NCBI GenBank assembly: GCA_964016885.1
Contig: OZ024743.1
Coordinates: 295,802,001-295,866,000 of the forward strand
Direction of reading: 5' to 3'
From: Eledone cirrhosa
Lineage: Eukaryota
DNA length: 64,000 nt
Shown here: piece by piece, positions 1 to 13,133 of the stretch
Position numbering within the stretch: the first letter of the stretch is position 1
Layout: each line of letters starts with the position of its first letter
Notes under the pieces: model-generated
What the model saw: the letters and a program-made list of their open reading frames with translations, nothing else
Database searches by the model: none
Told to the model about the DNA's origin: nothing
Position numbers and translations under genes: made by a program

Positions 1-280
1 ACACTGGCAGGTCACGGAAACAATGGCAAAATAAAGTGTCTTGCTCAAGATCATAACACGACGCAAACACACTATCAAGTCAGTGAAGCAACGTAAAATA
101 GTTTTGTTCAAGGTTTTATAACGACGCTAACAAACTGTCATGTCAATGGAGCAACGTAAAATAAAATGACTTGCTCAAGATAATAACACAACTCTAACAC
201 ACTGTCCAGTCCGGGAAACTAACCCACGCCTTCATGATCGGGAACTAAACACTCTAACAGTTAAGCCGCGCCCATTCACA
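1..280 (-). mobile_element. Degenerate tRNA-derived SINE with a triplicated internal segment
   Basis: The minus strand starts with a tRNA-like head (gcgcggcttaactgttagagtg...gggttagtttccc). The block gcaacgtaaaataaa..tcttgctcaaga..ataacac recurs three times, at about 25, 87 and 150. Confidence 0.55.
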
Positions 281-920
281 TAGTGATAGCGCGTAATAAA
301 ACACAATTACTGAAATATAACAACAGCAACAAACTCAACAAGGTAAACAAAAGTAATAACACTAAAAGATTATTTTAGCAATATAAGAAACACGAACGTA
401 ATCTGAGATTAAGAATAAAATATGAAATATTAACCAAAGAAAATTAAGTAAATACTATCAGGAGTACATGAAGAACTAACAAGAACATAACTAACAAGAA
501 CAAACAAAACAAAGCAGTAAACAGCACAGACGTACAACTATACACTTCTATATCTAAATTAAAGCTAAATCTGTAACCAACCGCCCGAAAAACTAATACT
601 ACAGATGAAATAAAATATAACCAAAAGGGAGAAAATTGATTTTTCTTTAAATGATTATTTTTTCGTTTTACTTTTTCTTTTCTTTTTCTTCCGTATTTTT
701 ATTTTTGTGAAATTATATTTTATAAGCTTGAAGTAATTTCAAAATATATAACATGTTATATTTCATCCTTATATTTTTCAATTTTGTTTTCACTCCTGAT
801 GCTTTTTAATTAAGACATAATGTTGTGTTGTGTCACCTGTTTAGGATTTTATTCGGCAAATGAGATTTCAAAATTGATAAAACAACAACAACAACAACAA
901 CAATAATAACAATAGTAATG

Positions 921-1130
921 ATTTCTACATTAGACACAAGGCCAGCAATTTTGGGGGAGGGGAAAGTCAATTAAATCGTATGCTGTGCATTAATGGTGCT
1001 TTATTTTATCGACCATGTAAGGATAAAAGGCAGCGTTAAACTCGGTGGGATTTGAACTCAGAACGTAAATGGCCATAACTCTATGTGCAAAGCATGGTGT
1101 CTGACGCTCAACCGATATTGCCAAACCACT
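921..1130 (-). mobile_element. tRNA-derived SINE, family A (older copy)
   Basis: Homologous to 6448-6637: acaaggccagcaatt, tttattttatcgacc, ggatttgaactcaga (reverse B box), accgatattgccaa (reverse A box). Confidence 0.85.
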
Positions 1131-1159
1131 GGCCACAATGCTCTATATATAGGAGACAT

Positions 1160-2480
1160 TAAAAGACAGAGGCAGTGGGGGCATTACGGAAAAATCGATT
1201 AAATAATATAAAAAACAATAACATTATAACAATATAAATTCTCCAATAGCGGGGTATCACCCAGGGGCGACTCGGGTATCCCAATAATCTTGAATCACAC
1301 GACGCTTCGAGAGCATTCGAGGAGGGCACCCTTCTCTTCTCCAGATCAGCCAGCCTACAGGAGCACGTTCCGTGTAGGCCAATGCACACAGGCCATCCTC
1401 GCAACATTCACCCACCTTTTAGAAAAATGTACTGGGGGTAGCATTTCCCTCTCCACACTCATCTTTCTTTCCAAGTAAAACTTTGAAAAGTTGATGAGCG
1501 ATTGGCCGAAGAGAAAAGCGGCTGTCTTCAGTCCTTTCCACCTCATCAACCACTCAACTTCATCGGCTACAGCAACCAGGCAGAAGAAAAATGACTGCCC
1601 TTCTCGGCCAAAAGAAGGCGACGGGGCGATCTTTACGATGGACTCAGTCGATAACTCGCCTGGTAGAGGGCAGTGAGCGCGTGACAAAATTCCAGATAAC
1701 AGGTACCAAGTCTCGGTCTCTTCTTGACCCAGTACGGCAGCTCAGTCAAAGAGATGAGCTGCGGAAAGACCTGTCTTCCATAAGGCGACCAACCGTTTTG
1801 GAATATCTGAAGATGCCGTAGCCTCAGCGCATGTTTGCGCATAATAAGCCATGGTATACCCTGCCTTACTACTGATTTTTCCGGGTTCAGTTTTTCTTCA
1901 GTCACCTTTTCATATTCCTCTAACAATGCGCCAACCACTTTGCTTTCCGAGGTGTTCGACACCACCACAGTGTGGTCGTCCATATATAACGACGCAACTT
2001 TTCCATGTCCAGGTTCGAGCTGGATGTCTTGCAACAGCTCCAGCTTCCGCAGTAAAAGGTCGAGGATCAATACGTACAGAAGGGAGAAGAGAGCGCACCA
2101 TTGACGGCCCAATGTCCTGATCTGGAAAGGTTCAGAAAATGGTCATTTAATTTGAACACCGAGCAGATGCCGCTGTGCATTGCAGCGATCCAACTTCTGA
2201 AGACGGGACCGAATGCAGCTTGCTTGAGGACAGCCTCCAGGTATTGAAGGTCAGACTTATCGCAAAATATTGATTGATCTAAATTGATCATAGCCCCACC
2301 GAAGCCAGGTTTACTCCCTACCCTCTCTATGATGTATACCATGAGGTGGAGGTTTTCGTGTATTTACCTGGTTGGAATTGCGCAAGTTTTCGCCTTCCCT
2401 ACTAAACGCTCGACGGCAAGCGCCAACCTCTTCTCACAACCTATACTATCCCTATCTGCTGACTGAACGAAATACCTATT
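1160..2480 (-). mobile_element. Decayed Tx1/L1-clade LINE: RT fragments plus 3' end
   Basis: Frameshifted peptides include INLDQS..DKSDLQYLEAVLKQAAFGPVFRSWI, LFSLLYVL, VASLYMDD, KLNPEKS and LINFSKFYLERKMSVER, typical of Tx1-type ORF2. Confidence 0.85.
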
Positions 2481-2767
2481 TATATAGGGTCTAGAAAACC
2501 CTATGAGGTTGATCCAAGTCCATACTTGCGCTTTCGAGAAATCTAGTCGGTACATGTCTGACAGTTGAAACTGGCTGATCAGTTACTTCCATCCTGGTGG
2601 GATCCTAGGAATGCTGATCTTCACTGTTCTTCTGCCCATGTGGGACGTGTACATGATAATGTGGCACGTTCTACTAGTAGCCTTCTAAAGGCAAGGTCTT
2701 CGGTTTTTAACAGCACCGAAATAGTTCTGAAATGTTTGGCCTTTGCTATGTACCCCACGATTTCTCA

Positions 2768-2784
2768 TGATGACGATAATGGTA

Positions 2785-2833
<49 letters not shown>

Positions 2834-3040
2834 CGACGACGACAACGATGATGATGATGATACTAGTAAATATAATTGCATCCTCTTGTACTATTTCATA
2901 CAAGTGGCGTTGAAACATGTATTAATGAAACTGAAATACATTCTTTCGTATTTACGTGAGGAAGAATCCCAGAAATGAGAAGAAGACGAAGAAGAAGAAG
3001 AAGAAGAAGAAGAAGAAGAAGAAGAAGAAGAAGAAGAAAG
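2768..3040. repeat. (GAT)n and (GAA)n microsatellites
   Basis: Direct reading: GAT run at about 2768-2860, GAA run at about 2978-3038. Confidence 0.95.
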
Positions 3041-3853
3041 GAAAAAGAAAATGAATGAATGAATGGGTGGTTGAAAGAAGGAAACAACATGTTAGAAAGA
3101 AACAAAAAGAAAATTAGTAGAATAAGAATGTAAGAAAAACGTGTGTGGCAGGATGAAATTATTGAATACATACCAACCTCTAATAACGAGCAATCAATAT
3201 TTCTTTAAACTTCAATGATTTTTCAAAATCTATCAAGAGATGGAATCCGTTATTTCGGAAAAAAATAATCATGCTGTGATACGGTTGATTTGAGAAAAAA
3301 ATACAAGAAACTTTTTAAAGAGCGTCAATATCTTTTTGTGTTTTTATAATTTCTCCCTCGTTGTTATTGTTTGTAGTGCATTTTTTTTAGGAATTTTTTC
3401 TTATTTTGCTTAATATTTAAAAAAAAACATACGACGCACGTTCTTTTCCCAATATAATGAGTCACCGCAATTATAGATTGATAATTGAAATATTTAAAGA
3501 GCGTCACCACTAGTTTAACTAGTCTCGTTTAGCTAACACAACACTTCGATCAGATATGAACGTTCGTATGGACACACGTACGTAAATATCTCTGTACGCC
3601 TGTATATCCGTCAACCAGTCTGTCTGTATGTATGTTTGAATGTATGTATGTATACATACATGTATGTATTTATGTTTGTGTATGTATGTATGTATGTATG
3701 ACCGAGTATGTATATATGTTCTTCTGGTTTTATTATATTATAAATTTTCACCAACAGAGAGAGAGCCGGTTTCTAATATAGATACAAGACACATTGGAAT
3801 TTAGACAACATCAAACAAACATGTATGTTTGTATGTTTTTGTGTATGTACGTG

Positions 3854-3900
<47 letters not shown>

Positions 3901-3910
3901 ATGTGTGTGT

Positions 3911-3941
<31 letters not shown>

Positions 3942-4260
3942 CGTGCGTGTGTGTGTGTGTGTGTGTGTGTGCGTGTGTGCGGGTGTGTGAGTATGTGTGT
4001 GAGTATGTGTGTGTGTTTGTGTGTGTGTGAAGGTATGGATTTTATTGCTTGTGCGGATCTGGATGCTTTGAGTTATATGTGTAATGTTTCTGTATCCATG
4101 CTTGGCAAACGTAATTTGAGCGGAAACCAGTCGTATTTTATGCCCACTTCACATGTTCCACTAGAAATATTGTCTATTGCATTAAATGCATTTTCTGTGG
4201 CCATATATAGACTAGAGGTATCGCTAACAGGTTTGCAGATCGTTTTACTGAACATCTGAG

Positions 4261-4469
4261 ACATCCACTTATAATAGTTGTTTCTACTTTTGGCACAAGG
4301 CCAGCAATTATCTCAGTGCATTACTGGTACTTTATTTTATCAACCTCGTAAGGGTGAAAGGCAAAGTTAACCTCGGCGGGATTTGAACTCAGAATGGCAA
4401 GGGCCGTAACTCTATGCGTCAAAGCATGGTGTCCTCTCTACCGATACTGCCAATCCACATCCACTTATA
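4261..4469 (-). mobile_element. SINE family A with target-site duplication
   Basis: Reverse complement of the 6448 copy, flanked by the direct repeat acatccacttata (4261-4273 and 4457-4469). Confidence 0.9.
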
Positions 4470-5640
4470 TCATATGTTGTCCGTCAATTCAACTCCACTG
4501 CTCTCACTATCTCCCACTCGCTTCTTTTCTTTTTCATCACTCCAATTTTTCCCACTCCACCTACCTTTCCTTCATTTCATACCACCATCCATTTCACCAC
4601 TCTCACTCCCTCTTTCCATCTGCTCTCTCGGCCAACTTATTTGCTTGTACACTTCCTGTTTTAACGTTTAAACTTCTATTCTACACAATGTAGTCATTTC
4701 AACCAATTTTATTCCCCAGCTTGGTATTGGTATCTTTCCAACTATTTTTCTTATATATTATCATTTTCGTTCGCTGTAGTTTCATAAAGGATGAAATACG
4801 ATGTTGACCAGTGCGGAAGTCGAACCTCGAGCGTAAAGAACCGGAATACTTTCTCAAAGCATTTTGTCCGACACCGTAAGAATTTATATACTTACAAATG
4901 TTGCTAGTTCGTATTGTAACCCTTTTCTAGACACACAGGAGCCGTCAGAAAACAAGAATAACTGATTTTTCGCTGTCCATTCGAGCCTCCACAGGAGCAA
5001 AACCAAAGAATACAGCTTTATAAAACACTCCATGTTTATATATAAACAGACCACTGGAAATGCACGAATAATTCAAACCCGACACAAATATTTTCAATTT
5101 CCACATTATATGTATTATATATTGCTGGCTCTTTTTACACGTTTGTATCCTGACCAGTATATATGGTATTATACATGTGTGTGTGTGGGTGTGTGGGTGG
5201 GGGGGGGGGGTATGCATGTGTTTATGTATTGTGTATGAAAAGGCCTGTGTCGCCAAATATTGATTTTCCATTACATTACGAAATGGAATTCAGATTTCTC
5301 TGTTTCCATAATTCCATACTCGCAACCACGCACACACCATAGCTTCTCTGCGAACACCATTAATTGTATTTTGGATTTACAATTTTTGTTGTTTATTCAT
5401 ATACCGGAAAGGCTACGAAACTTCACGCACCGATTGTGCTTTTCGTGTAAATGTTTTTTTCCTTCTTTCAAGACTAGTAACTTGCCAAATCTGATAAGTT
5501 GAGTTTGACTCTCTTGCTATATTGGCAATAGATTGGGTGCGAGAATGTGTCATAATCATTTAGTTAGAATATATGTTACAGCTGTAGAATATTTTTACCT
5601 TCACTTGAAGCAAGTTTGATCTTCCTCCTCACATATTTTG

Positions 5641-5679
<39 letters not shown>

Positions 5680-6447
5680 GTGTGTGTGTGTGTGTATGTA
5701 CATAATACACCCCCACACACCCATCCACCCCCACACATATGTATAAATATACATATATGTGTGTGTGTGCGTGTGTGTATTACCTTGGACATATTTATGT
5801 TCCCTACAAAGACATTCATATGAGTTATATAAACATAGAATATACACATAAAGCCTTTAGCTGCGTCACTACTAAAAACAATGCTATTTACAAATTATAA
5901 ATGTATGTGTGATGTCGTGGTAGATGTAATGTAAACAACAATAATATTTACACGTGATGTATTGGTTTAAAGTGATGAAATTCGCAGTGATAGAACTGAC
6001 TCATCGAAAACAGTGTATCATCAGAATTCAAGTTCCACCGAGGTAAGCGTCGTTTTTAATCTGTCTCAGGTAAATAAATACCAGTCAACTACTCGGATCG
6101 ATTTTTCTCACACCCTCTTTCATTCTCTTTCCTTTCTCCTTTCTCTTTCTCTCACTCTTTCTTTCTCTCTCTCTCTCTCTCATATTCTCTCTACGCTGTG
6201 CTTTTAAATCAAAAGATTTATCACGCTGATTCGGCCTGTCACAGAATGGCATCTTGGGTAAGTGTATACACGGAATACTCAGCCGACTACATGTTAATAT
6301 TACGCATAGGAATAAATTGAGTTCATTAACTAAACTTGCATCTTTGACATCGATGAAAAACATCTATGGCTAGCCATTGATAGAAAGAGCGATACTGGAG
6401 ATCAGATCGATTTACAGACCAAAGATGGTTTATATTATATCTAAATA

Positions 6448-6637
6448 CGGGCGGTGGATTGGCAGTATCGGTGGAGGGTCGGACGCCATGCTTTCCAGTA
6501 TAGTTACGTCCCTTTACGATCTGAGTTCAAATACCGCCGAGGTTGACTTTGCCTTTCATCCTTACGGGGTCGATAAAATAAAGTACCAGTAATGCACTAG
6601 GTAATTGCTGGCCTTGTGCCTAAAGTAGAAACAATTA
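6448..6637 (+). mobile_element. Full-length SINE family A with target-site duplication
   Basis: A box tggcagtatcgg, B box gagttcaaatacc, 3' end aaagtagaaacaatta; flanked by duplicated attatatctaaatac. Confidence 0.92.
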
Positions 6638-8989
6638 TATCTAAATACCCACAAATATGTTAAGGTTATATATTTTATTGCTAGAGAGACATCTGTATAC
6701 TTTGTTAACTTCCATAATTATCACTGGGATTTAAACGTGTTTATCGGTATAACATTTGAAGAAGATTATCAAGACTCATTAAACATTAATTTGATACTCA
6801 AGATGTCTCCAGACGAGTTCTCCTGGGGTTATTTCCCGTATTGCTACAAAACGAAAAATATAATATCAGTTAATGACTAATACTGTTTATTTAGTCACCA
6901 TATATTTATTTTATTTGTTTAACCTTTCATGCATTAATTATGCTATTAACGATTTATGAATCATATATAACCTTACTCAATGAATATTTGCTTTAAAATA
7001 TTCAATATGTGGTCTGAATACTTTTATTGATTTAAAGGCTAGAGATGCCTCAGAAAATAGTTAGTCGTTCGCTTGTTATACCTTTAGGGTGTGTCAAAAT
7101 CTTGATGCATTCAACTGTGGCTTTAATCAAAATATTGAAAAACACATAAAGCGGAAACGCGATGTCGTGAAGTATAAGTATTTTCCCTTGAGTGTCTAAA
7201 ATAAATACCCAATCTGTACATATAAGTTAATGTGAGGCGTAGCATGACTGACAGTTAGTTATTTCAAATGTTTCAAGGATTAAAAAAATAGTAATTCGAC
7301 CGTGACAGTGTTTGAACTCCGAGTGGTAGTAAAGTATTGATGCGTGCCGAAGAGAGTAAAATTACAATAGTTAAAATTGGGGAGTGGTACATTCGTTTTT
7401 CCCGACATCATCGGTTCATGTAAAAAAGAAAAAAAGTGTAATCGTACATACAGTAAAACATCAGACTAATTGCAGCGAATTCAATCAAGAGTTTCAACTG
7501 ACAACTTAATTTTTAATCGCCAGAAGCTTATAAACTATTAGCATCACAAAGACAAAATGTAGCCTGAGGAATGTAATGTAAGCTCGCATAGACAAAGTTA
7601 GTGAGTCTGGTTAAGTTCTTATACGTAGAATAAATAGATTATAGACACTTCTTCCGGAAAGAGGAAAAAAGAACATTTCTCTGTCAGATATATGAATATC
7701 GTCTCACGATGTTTAATATAGCTTACTATGTTCACAAACACATGCTATAATATAGTATGTCATATTTCCCTTTCTACATCCACAATAACAATCTGTGATC
7801 GACTTTCAACGGAACAAAGATAAAATTCACATGGACAGGAATAGAAATAAAATTGTGTTGATGAAACCAAATAGTTTAAGCCATTTAGTCGAATGTCCTA
7901 CAACTGATACAGACGCTATTATGTTGCTTGCGAATAAATGGCATTTATTTGATTATTCACTTATGTCGTGTAGAAAAATGAAATTTTTATGTTCACACTT
8001 TATTAAACTTCATCCATGACTGACAATAAATAGAAAGCTTGTAGCGCAAGTGGCAAACAACTTGCATTAACAACTCCATTTTCCTTCCAAACTTGTCCTA
8101 AATAACAAAGGAGTATGTTTGTTTTATGGGCAACGCATTCTCTAAAACATTTCAATGAAGATATATTATGCTTCACTTGGTTCACCGGGTATATAGTTTT
8201 TACAATACTTTCATTTCATATTTAGACACAATACAATGCATTTTATATGAAATATTTACAAGAATGTTTTACATATTTGCCTTTCGAAATCAGAGCAACA
8301 AATTAAAATAATAGCTGCGTAAAAGTTTCTTGACATAATTGAAACCGGATCGTCAACACGTCTCACCGACAGCTTATATTTTACTACATTGTGTTCTTCC
8401 TACATATAGAAATAAGAAATAAAGTTTTTTTTTTACAATATCTTCATTTCCATTCGGCAGATTTCTTGCTCTTTTCTTTTCTTTTTTTTTTTGTTATTTT
8501 CTTGAATCGTTAATATAAATTTCACCATCTTATGAGATCAGGGCAAATGTGAGAGAATTCTAGTTATAATATGCCCTCAGGTTAGCATATTGAAATTATG
8601 TCTTTTTCGTCACTTTTTGAATTCTTTGTCTTTCTGAAAACTTTTAGAATCTACTTTTCTCTTTTATGAAAATTAATAACTATTTTTATATATTATTTTT
8701 TTCTTTCTCTCTATTGCTGTATAATTGGAAATTTTGCCAAGTTATAGTCTTTATTTAAATTATTTCGTATAAATTATTATTTTGTTTCAGCTTAGTTTTC
8801 CATAAGTTCCTTAGTTATTAGAAGTGGTTTGGTTTAGTTTTCTTCTTACTTTCTGTTTCTTTTTGTTTACTTTTCTTTATGTTCATAAATTCCTTTATTT
8901 TTCTTATGTGATATTCCTCAATTTGTTCAGTCTCCTTACTTCCTTTTTCTTTTCGTCTCGGTGACAGCCTTTTTCTCCTTCTCTTTCAC

Positions 8990-9290
8990 TTCTCTTTCAC
9001 TTCTCCAACTTTTTCTTCTTCTTCTTCTTCTTCTTCTTCTTCTTCTTCTTCTTCTTCTTCTTCTTCTTCTACTACTACTTTTCCTTCATTGTTTCCTCTT
9101 CCTTTTTTTATTTTATTTCTTCCACCTCTTCCTCTTCCTCCTCCTCCTCCTTCTTCGTCATTCCATTGTCTTTTCCATCGTCATGTCCTCCGTCTCATTC
9201 ATTTTTCTCTTTCATCGCCTTCTCCATCCTCTCCCTTTTCCTTTATCTTCTTCCCCTTCCTCTTCTTCTTCTTATTATTATTATTATTAC
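8990..9290. repeat. (CTT)n microsatellite and pyrimidine-rich low-complexity tract
   Basis: Direct reading. Confidence 0.9.
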
Positions 9291-9294
9291 TAAA

Positions 9295-9479
9295 GGGCGG
9301 TGAATTGGCAGTATCGGTAGAGGGTTGGACGCCATGCTTTCTAGCATAGTTACGTCCCTTTACAGTCTAAGTTCAAATCCCGCCGAGGTTAACTTTGCCT
9401 TTCATCCTTACGGGGTCGATAAAATAAAGTACCAATAATGTACTGGGTAATTGCTGGCCTTGTGCGTAAAGTAGAAACA

Positions 9480-9517
<38 letters not shown>

Positions 9518-9530
9518 CATCATCATCATC
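9295..9530 (+). mobile_element. SINE family A with (TTA)n/(CAT)n tail
   Basis: Highly similar to 6448-6637 and followed by (tta)n. Confidence 0.92.
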
Positions 9531-9839
9531 ATCCTTTTACTTCTGTCTTTCGTTCCTCTTTATGTTCACCGTTATCTTTTTCTCTTCCTTCCCAACTTCT
9601 CGTTTTCTTTATAAACTAGCAATTTTCCAATTATAATGAAAGAGATTAGTCTTCCTAATTCAGAAAATAAAGAAAATCAAGAAAAAATAAATAAATATTT
9701 AATTACAAATTTCTTCTATTTTATTCTACTGCTATGGTTTCTTTATATATATTTTTTTATTTTTATGTTTATTAATTATACAGTCTATTTCTAGTAATCT
9801 TTATCATCATAATTGTTAACACTAACCTCAACAGTATTA

Positions 9840-10324
9840 GAATCGTCATCCGCCTACTTTTTAACTTCCTGCTCTTCCCCGTACTCCACCTCCTCCTCTT
9901 CCTCCACCTCCTCATCATCATCAATATGATCAGCCACATAATCATCCTCAGTATCAACAGCAGCAGCGGCAATAGCCTCATCATCACACTCATCCTTATC
10001 AGCATCTTCATCAATCTTATCATCGTCTTCATCATCAACATCATCATCATCATCGTCATCATCATCGTTCTCATCATCATTATCATCGACAAAAGTAGCA
10101 GCAGCCGCAGTGTCCTCATTATCACCCTCATCATCATCACCATATTCATCATCTTGTCATCGTCGTCGTCATAATCAACATCATCCTCATCATCCTCATC
10201 ATCTTCATCATCATCATCATCATCATAATCGCCATCATCATCATCATAATCATTCTCATCATCATTATCATCGGCAGCAGTAGCATCTGCTGCAGCATCC
10301 TCATCATCACCCTCATCATCACCC

Positions 10325-10357
<33 letters not shown>

Positions 10358-10460
10358 CACTCATCCTCATCATCTTCATCAATCTTATCATCATCTTCAT
10401 TATCATTATCATCATCCTCATCGTCATCGTCATCTTTGTCACCATCAACATCACCATCAC
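9840..10460. repeat. Degenerate (CAT)n tract with internal duplication
   Basis: CAT/CGT/CCT triplets; atcatcacactcatcc..atcttcatcaatcttatcatc occurs near 9980 and again near 10350. Confidence 0.85.
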
Positions 10461-10610
10461 CGTCGGCTCATCCAGATCAGTTTTGTAGCAAAGCTGGAAC
10501 TGAAGACTTTGGTTTCCGATTATTTGTTCAGCTAAAAATAGCAGCGAACACGCCATTCTTAATCGTTCAGAGGCCAGGCGTATATAAATCTTATTATTAA
10601 CATTATTTTC

Positions 10611-10792
10611 GCAGTATCAGTAGAGGCTCGGACGCCATGCTTTCCAGCATAGTTACGTCCCTTTACAATCTGAGTTCAAATCCCGCCGAGGTTGACTTTG
10701 CCTTTCATCCTTACGGGGTCGATAAAATAAAGTACCAGTAATGCACTGGGTAATTGCTGGCCTTGTGCCTAAAGTAGAGACAATTATTTTCG
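10611..10792 (+). mobile_element. SINE family A, slightly 5'-truncated, with target-site duplication
   Basis: Similar to the 6448 copy; attattttcgc is duplicated on both sides. Confidence 0.9.
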
Positions 10793-12837
10793 CGTCTATC
10801 GGCAAGTGTTACGGATCGCCCTCGTAAATCTGTTGTTATCCAACGTATTTCGTTGAAAATGTGATATTCTTTTGTTAGTTAACTATCCAGTATCATCTTG
10901 AGCTAGTTTTCAAACACGCCCCCAATGTTTATTTTTAATAAGACGGACAACGATTTTGAGTCTGATATACAGAACAGCCGTATGTCCACAGGATACAAGA
11001 GCCAAAACAATGACAGCAGCGGCAAAAACACTTCACAGGAAAATTATAAAATAAATTTTCCGCATTTAAAAAACTTCAACACAGCCGTCACCATAAAAAA
11101 ACTACAAAATATAATGAACTCAACACTGAACAACAACACTGAACCTCTCCATAATTATTCAATAAGTATTTATGTAGTCCTACAGTAGTTATTTTATAAT
11201 AGTTTTCTAGTTACACAAAGCCCGTAGCACTGTGCGTTCGAGGTAGCTATAATCTTACTACATCAGATTTTGGGTGATATTTTCAAAATGCAGTCATTAT
11301 CTTTTCTTATTTTCTCTAGTACTTTTAGTTCTTTTACTGTCCAATTAAGAATATTAAAACTTTAACTTTAATTACGCTAAAATATTTATGCCAATTACCT
11401 TATTCTTTGCAATTAGTTCTGTCTTAAGTAATCATCAAATGCGTCTATAGTGTTTGTTTTTTTTACATTTTCTTTCTCCTGTGTGTGTGTTAAAAGAAAG
11501 CATTTTTGTCAAGTAGAAAATACGATATTAATTTCTTTCTACATAAATTTCAGTTCAAGTCTTTTTAATGTATTTTTAATGTATTGGGGTTGATTCATTT
11601 CACTATATGCTATCCTTCAAAAACATTTCGGCTATTACAGCTTCTAGTCCACCGATGTACTGGCTCTTCTTTCTAACCTTTCTATCGCTACTACTGTCTT
11701 GCCACATCCACTCAGGCACCCCCACCACAGACGTCTCTCCGCATCTCTATCCATTTTGTGCTCGAACCCAACAAGCCCCGCACTAACCACAGCGTCTAGT
11801 CATTCCTGCTCAGAAGCCCCCACCCCTCTTTCACGGAACATGGTCCCCGTTTCCGTGCTTCCGCAAAGAAAAACTTGAACCAATTTAGGCAGAATATAAA
11901 CTGCATTGATGCCTCTACTCCCGGAGGTCTTGAGAATGTTTTGGGTAATGTCCCTTCCTATAGACCTACCAAATAAATAAAATGAGAACCTATTATTGGA
12001 CAATGTTAAATAGCCAGTCAATTTTTTTAATTATTCTAGCTGAAGAAATTCTCGAAGAACATAACAAAAATAACAAATAAAGAAATACTGCTTTTATTTT
12101 TATTTTACTTTCTTTCCTTTGGTAAACCTATTGGCCTTTACTTTTTCTTATAGTTAATTTTTGTGTATTTTCTTGTATTTTTCGTTTTGTTATGTTTATG
12201 TTTCTTTATTTTTATTTTTATTTTTATTTTTATTTTTATTTTTATTTTTATTTTTATTTTTACAGAGTCAAGAATCTCAAAATATAAATGTGTGTTGATC
12301 ATTTTTTTTTTCTTTTTTTGTGTTTTATTTGTTGCCGTCTTCCATCCACTCTTTTATTTAATGATCTTAGAGAAAACATTGATTTATGTATTTATTCAAA
12401 GACGACTTCTATTTTGATCCAAAACGCTTCTAAGTTTGGTTAACCTTACCGAACAAATGACCAAATATATTAAAAACTCTTTTCTGTCAAAATAAAACAA
12501 AACTTATAAGCTCTGCTTAAACCATAATGTATCTCCTTATTTTATTCTTTTTTAATTATTTCTCTCACCCTAAAGCGGTGAATGATACTAAAGTTGACAC
12601 AAGACCACAACAATGAAGGAATAAAAATAGTACTATACTTTAACCATGAAATACTATCGTGTTTAATAAAATTATTCTATTATAAATTATGTAAGAAAAC
12701 CCTTGACCTTCTGTTGTTTATCAGTCTTGTAACTGAATACTCTGACTGAATACGCACGTGTGTTTTCTTCTCATTTTCATCTGCTTCGTCGTCTTATCAC
12801 TCTTTATCTTTCTATTGAATTTTTATTTTTCATTCTA

Positions 12838-12873
12838 TCTTCTGATGACAGACTACTGTCCGAAACATTAAGA
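12838..12873 (+). ncRNA. Degenerate minimal hammerhead motif in a probable PLE 3' tail
   Basis: tctt-CTGATGA-cagactactgtcc-GAAAC-att-aaga. Stem III looks like CpG-decayed AACGTT. A related decayed motif lies on the minus strand near 52799-52830. Confidence 0.5.
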
Positions 12874-13068
12874 CTCTTTCCCTATTATTTCAAGCGTTGA
12901 ACCAATATGTTTCTTGATTGCGTCGTTTGCTTTGTTATTTCTGTTTACCTTTTACTTACACACATACACACACACACAAACAAACACGCATACATACATG
13001 CACACACACACATACATACATGCACACACACACACACACACACACACGCACGCACACACACACACACG

Positions 13069-13121
<53 letters not shown>

Positions 13122-13133
13122 CTATCTATCTAT

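Noticed and set aside
6448-6545. tRNA gene
   Set aside because: The A and B boxes belong to a multi-copy SINE head; there is no cloverleaf.
9772-10556. Met-rich or His-rich protein
   Set aside because: It is a degenerate (CAT)n tract with no supported splice context or domain.
10900-12020. Additional highly decayed PLE coding fragments
   Set aside because: Only a vague VY...CGST similarity is visible, too weak to support by eye.
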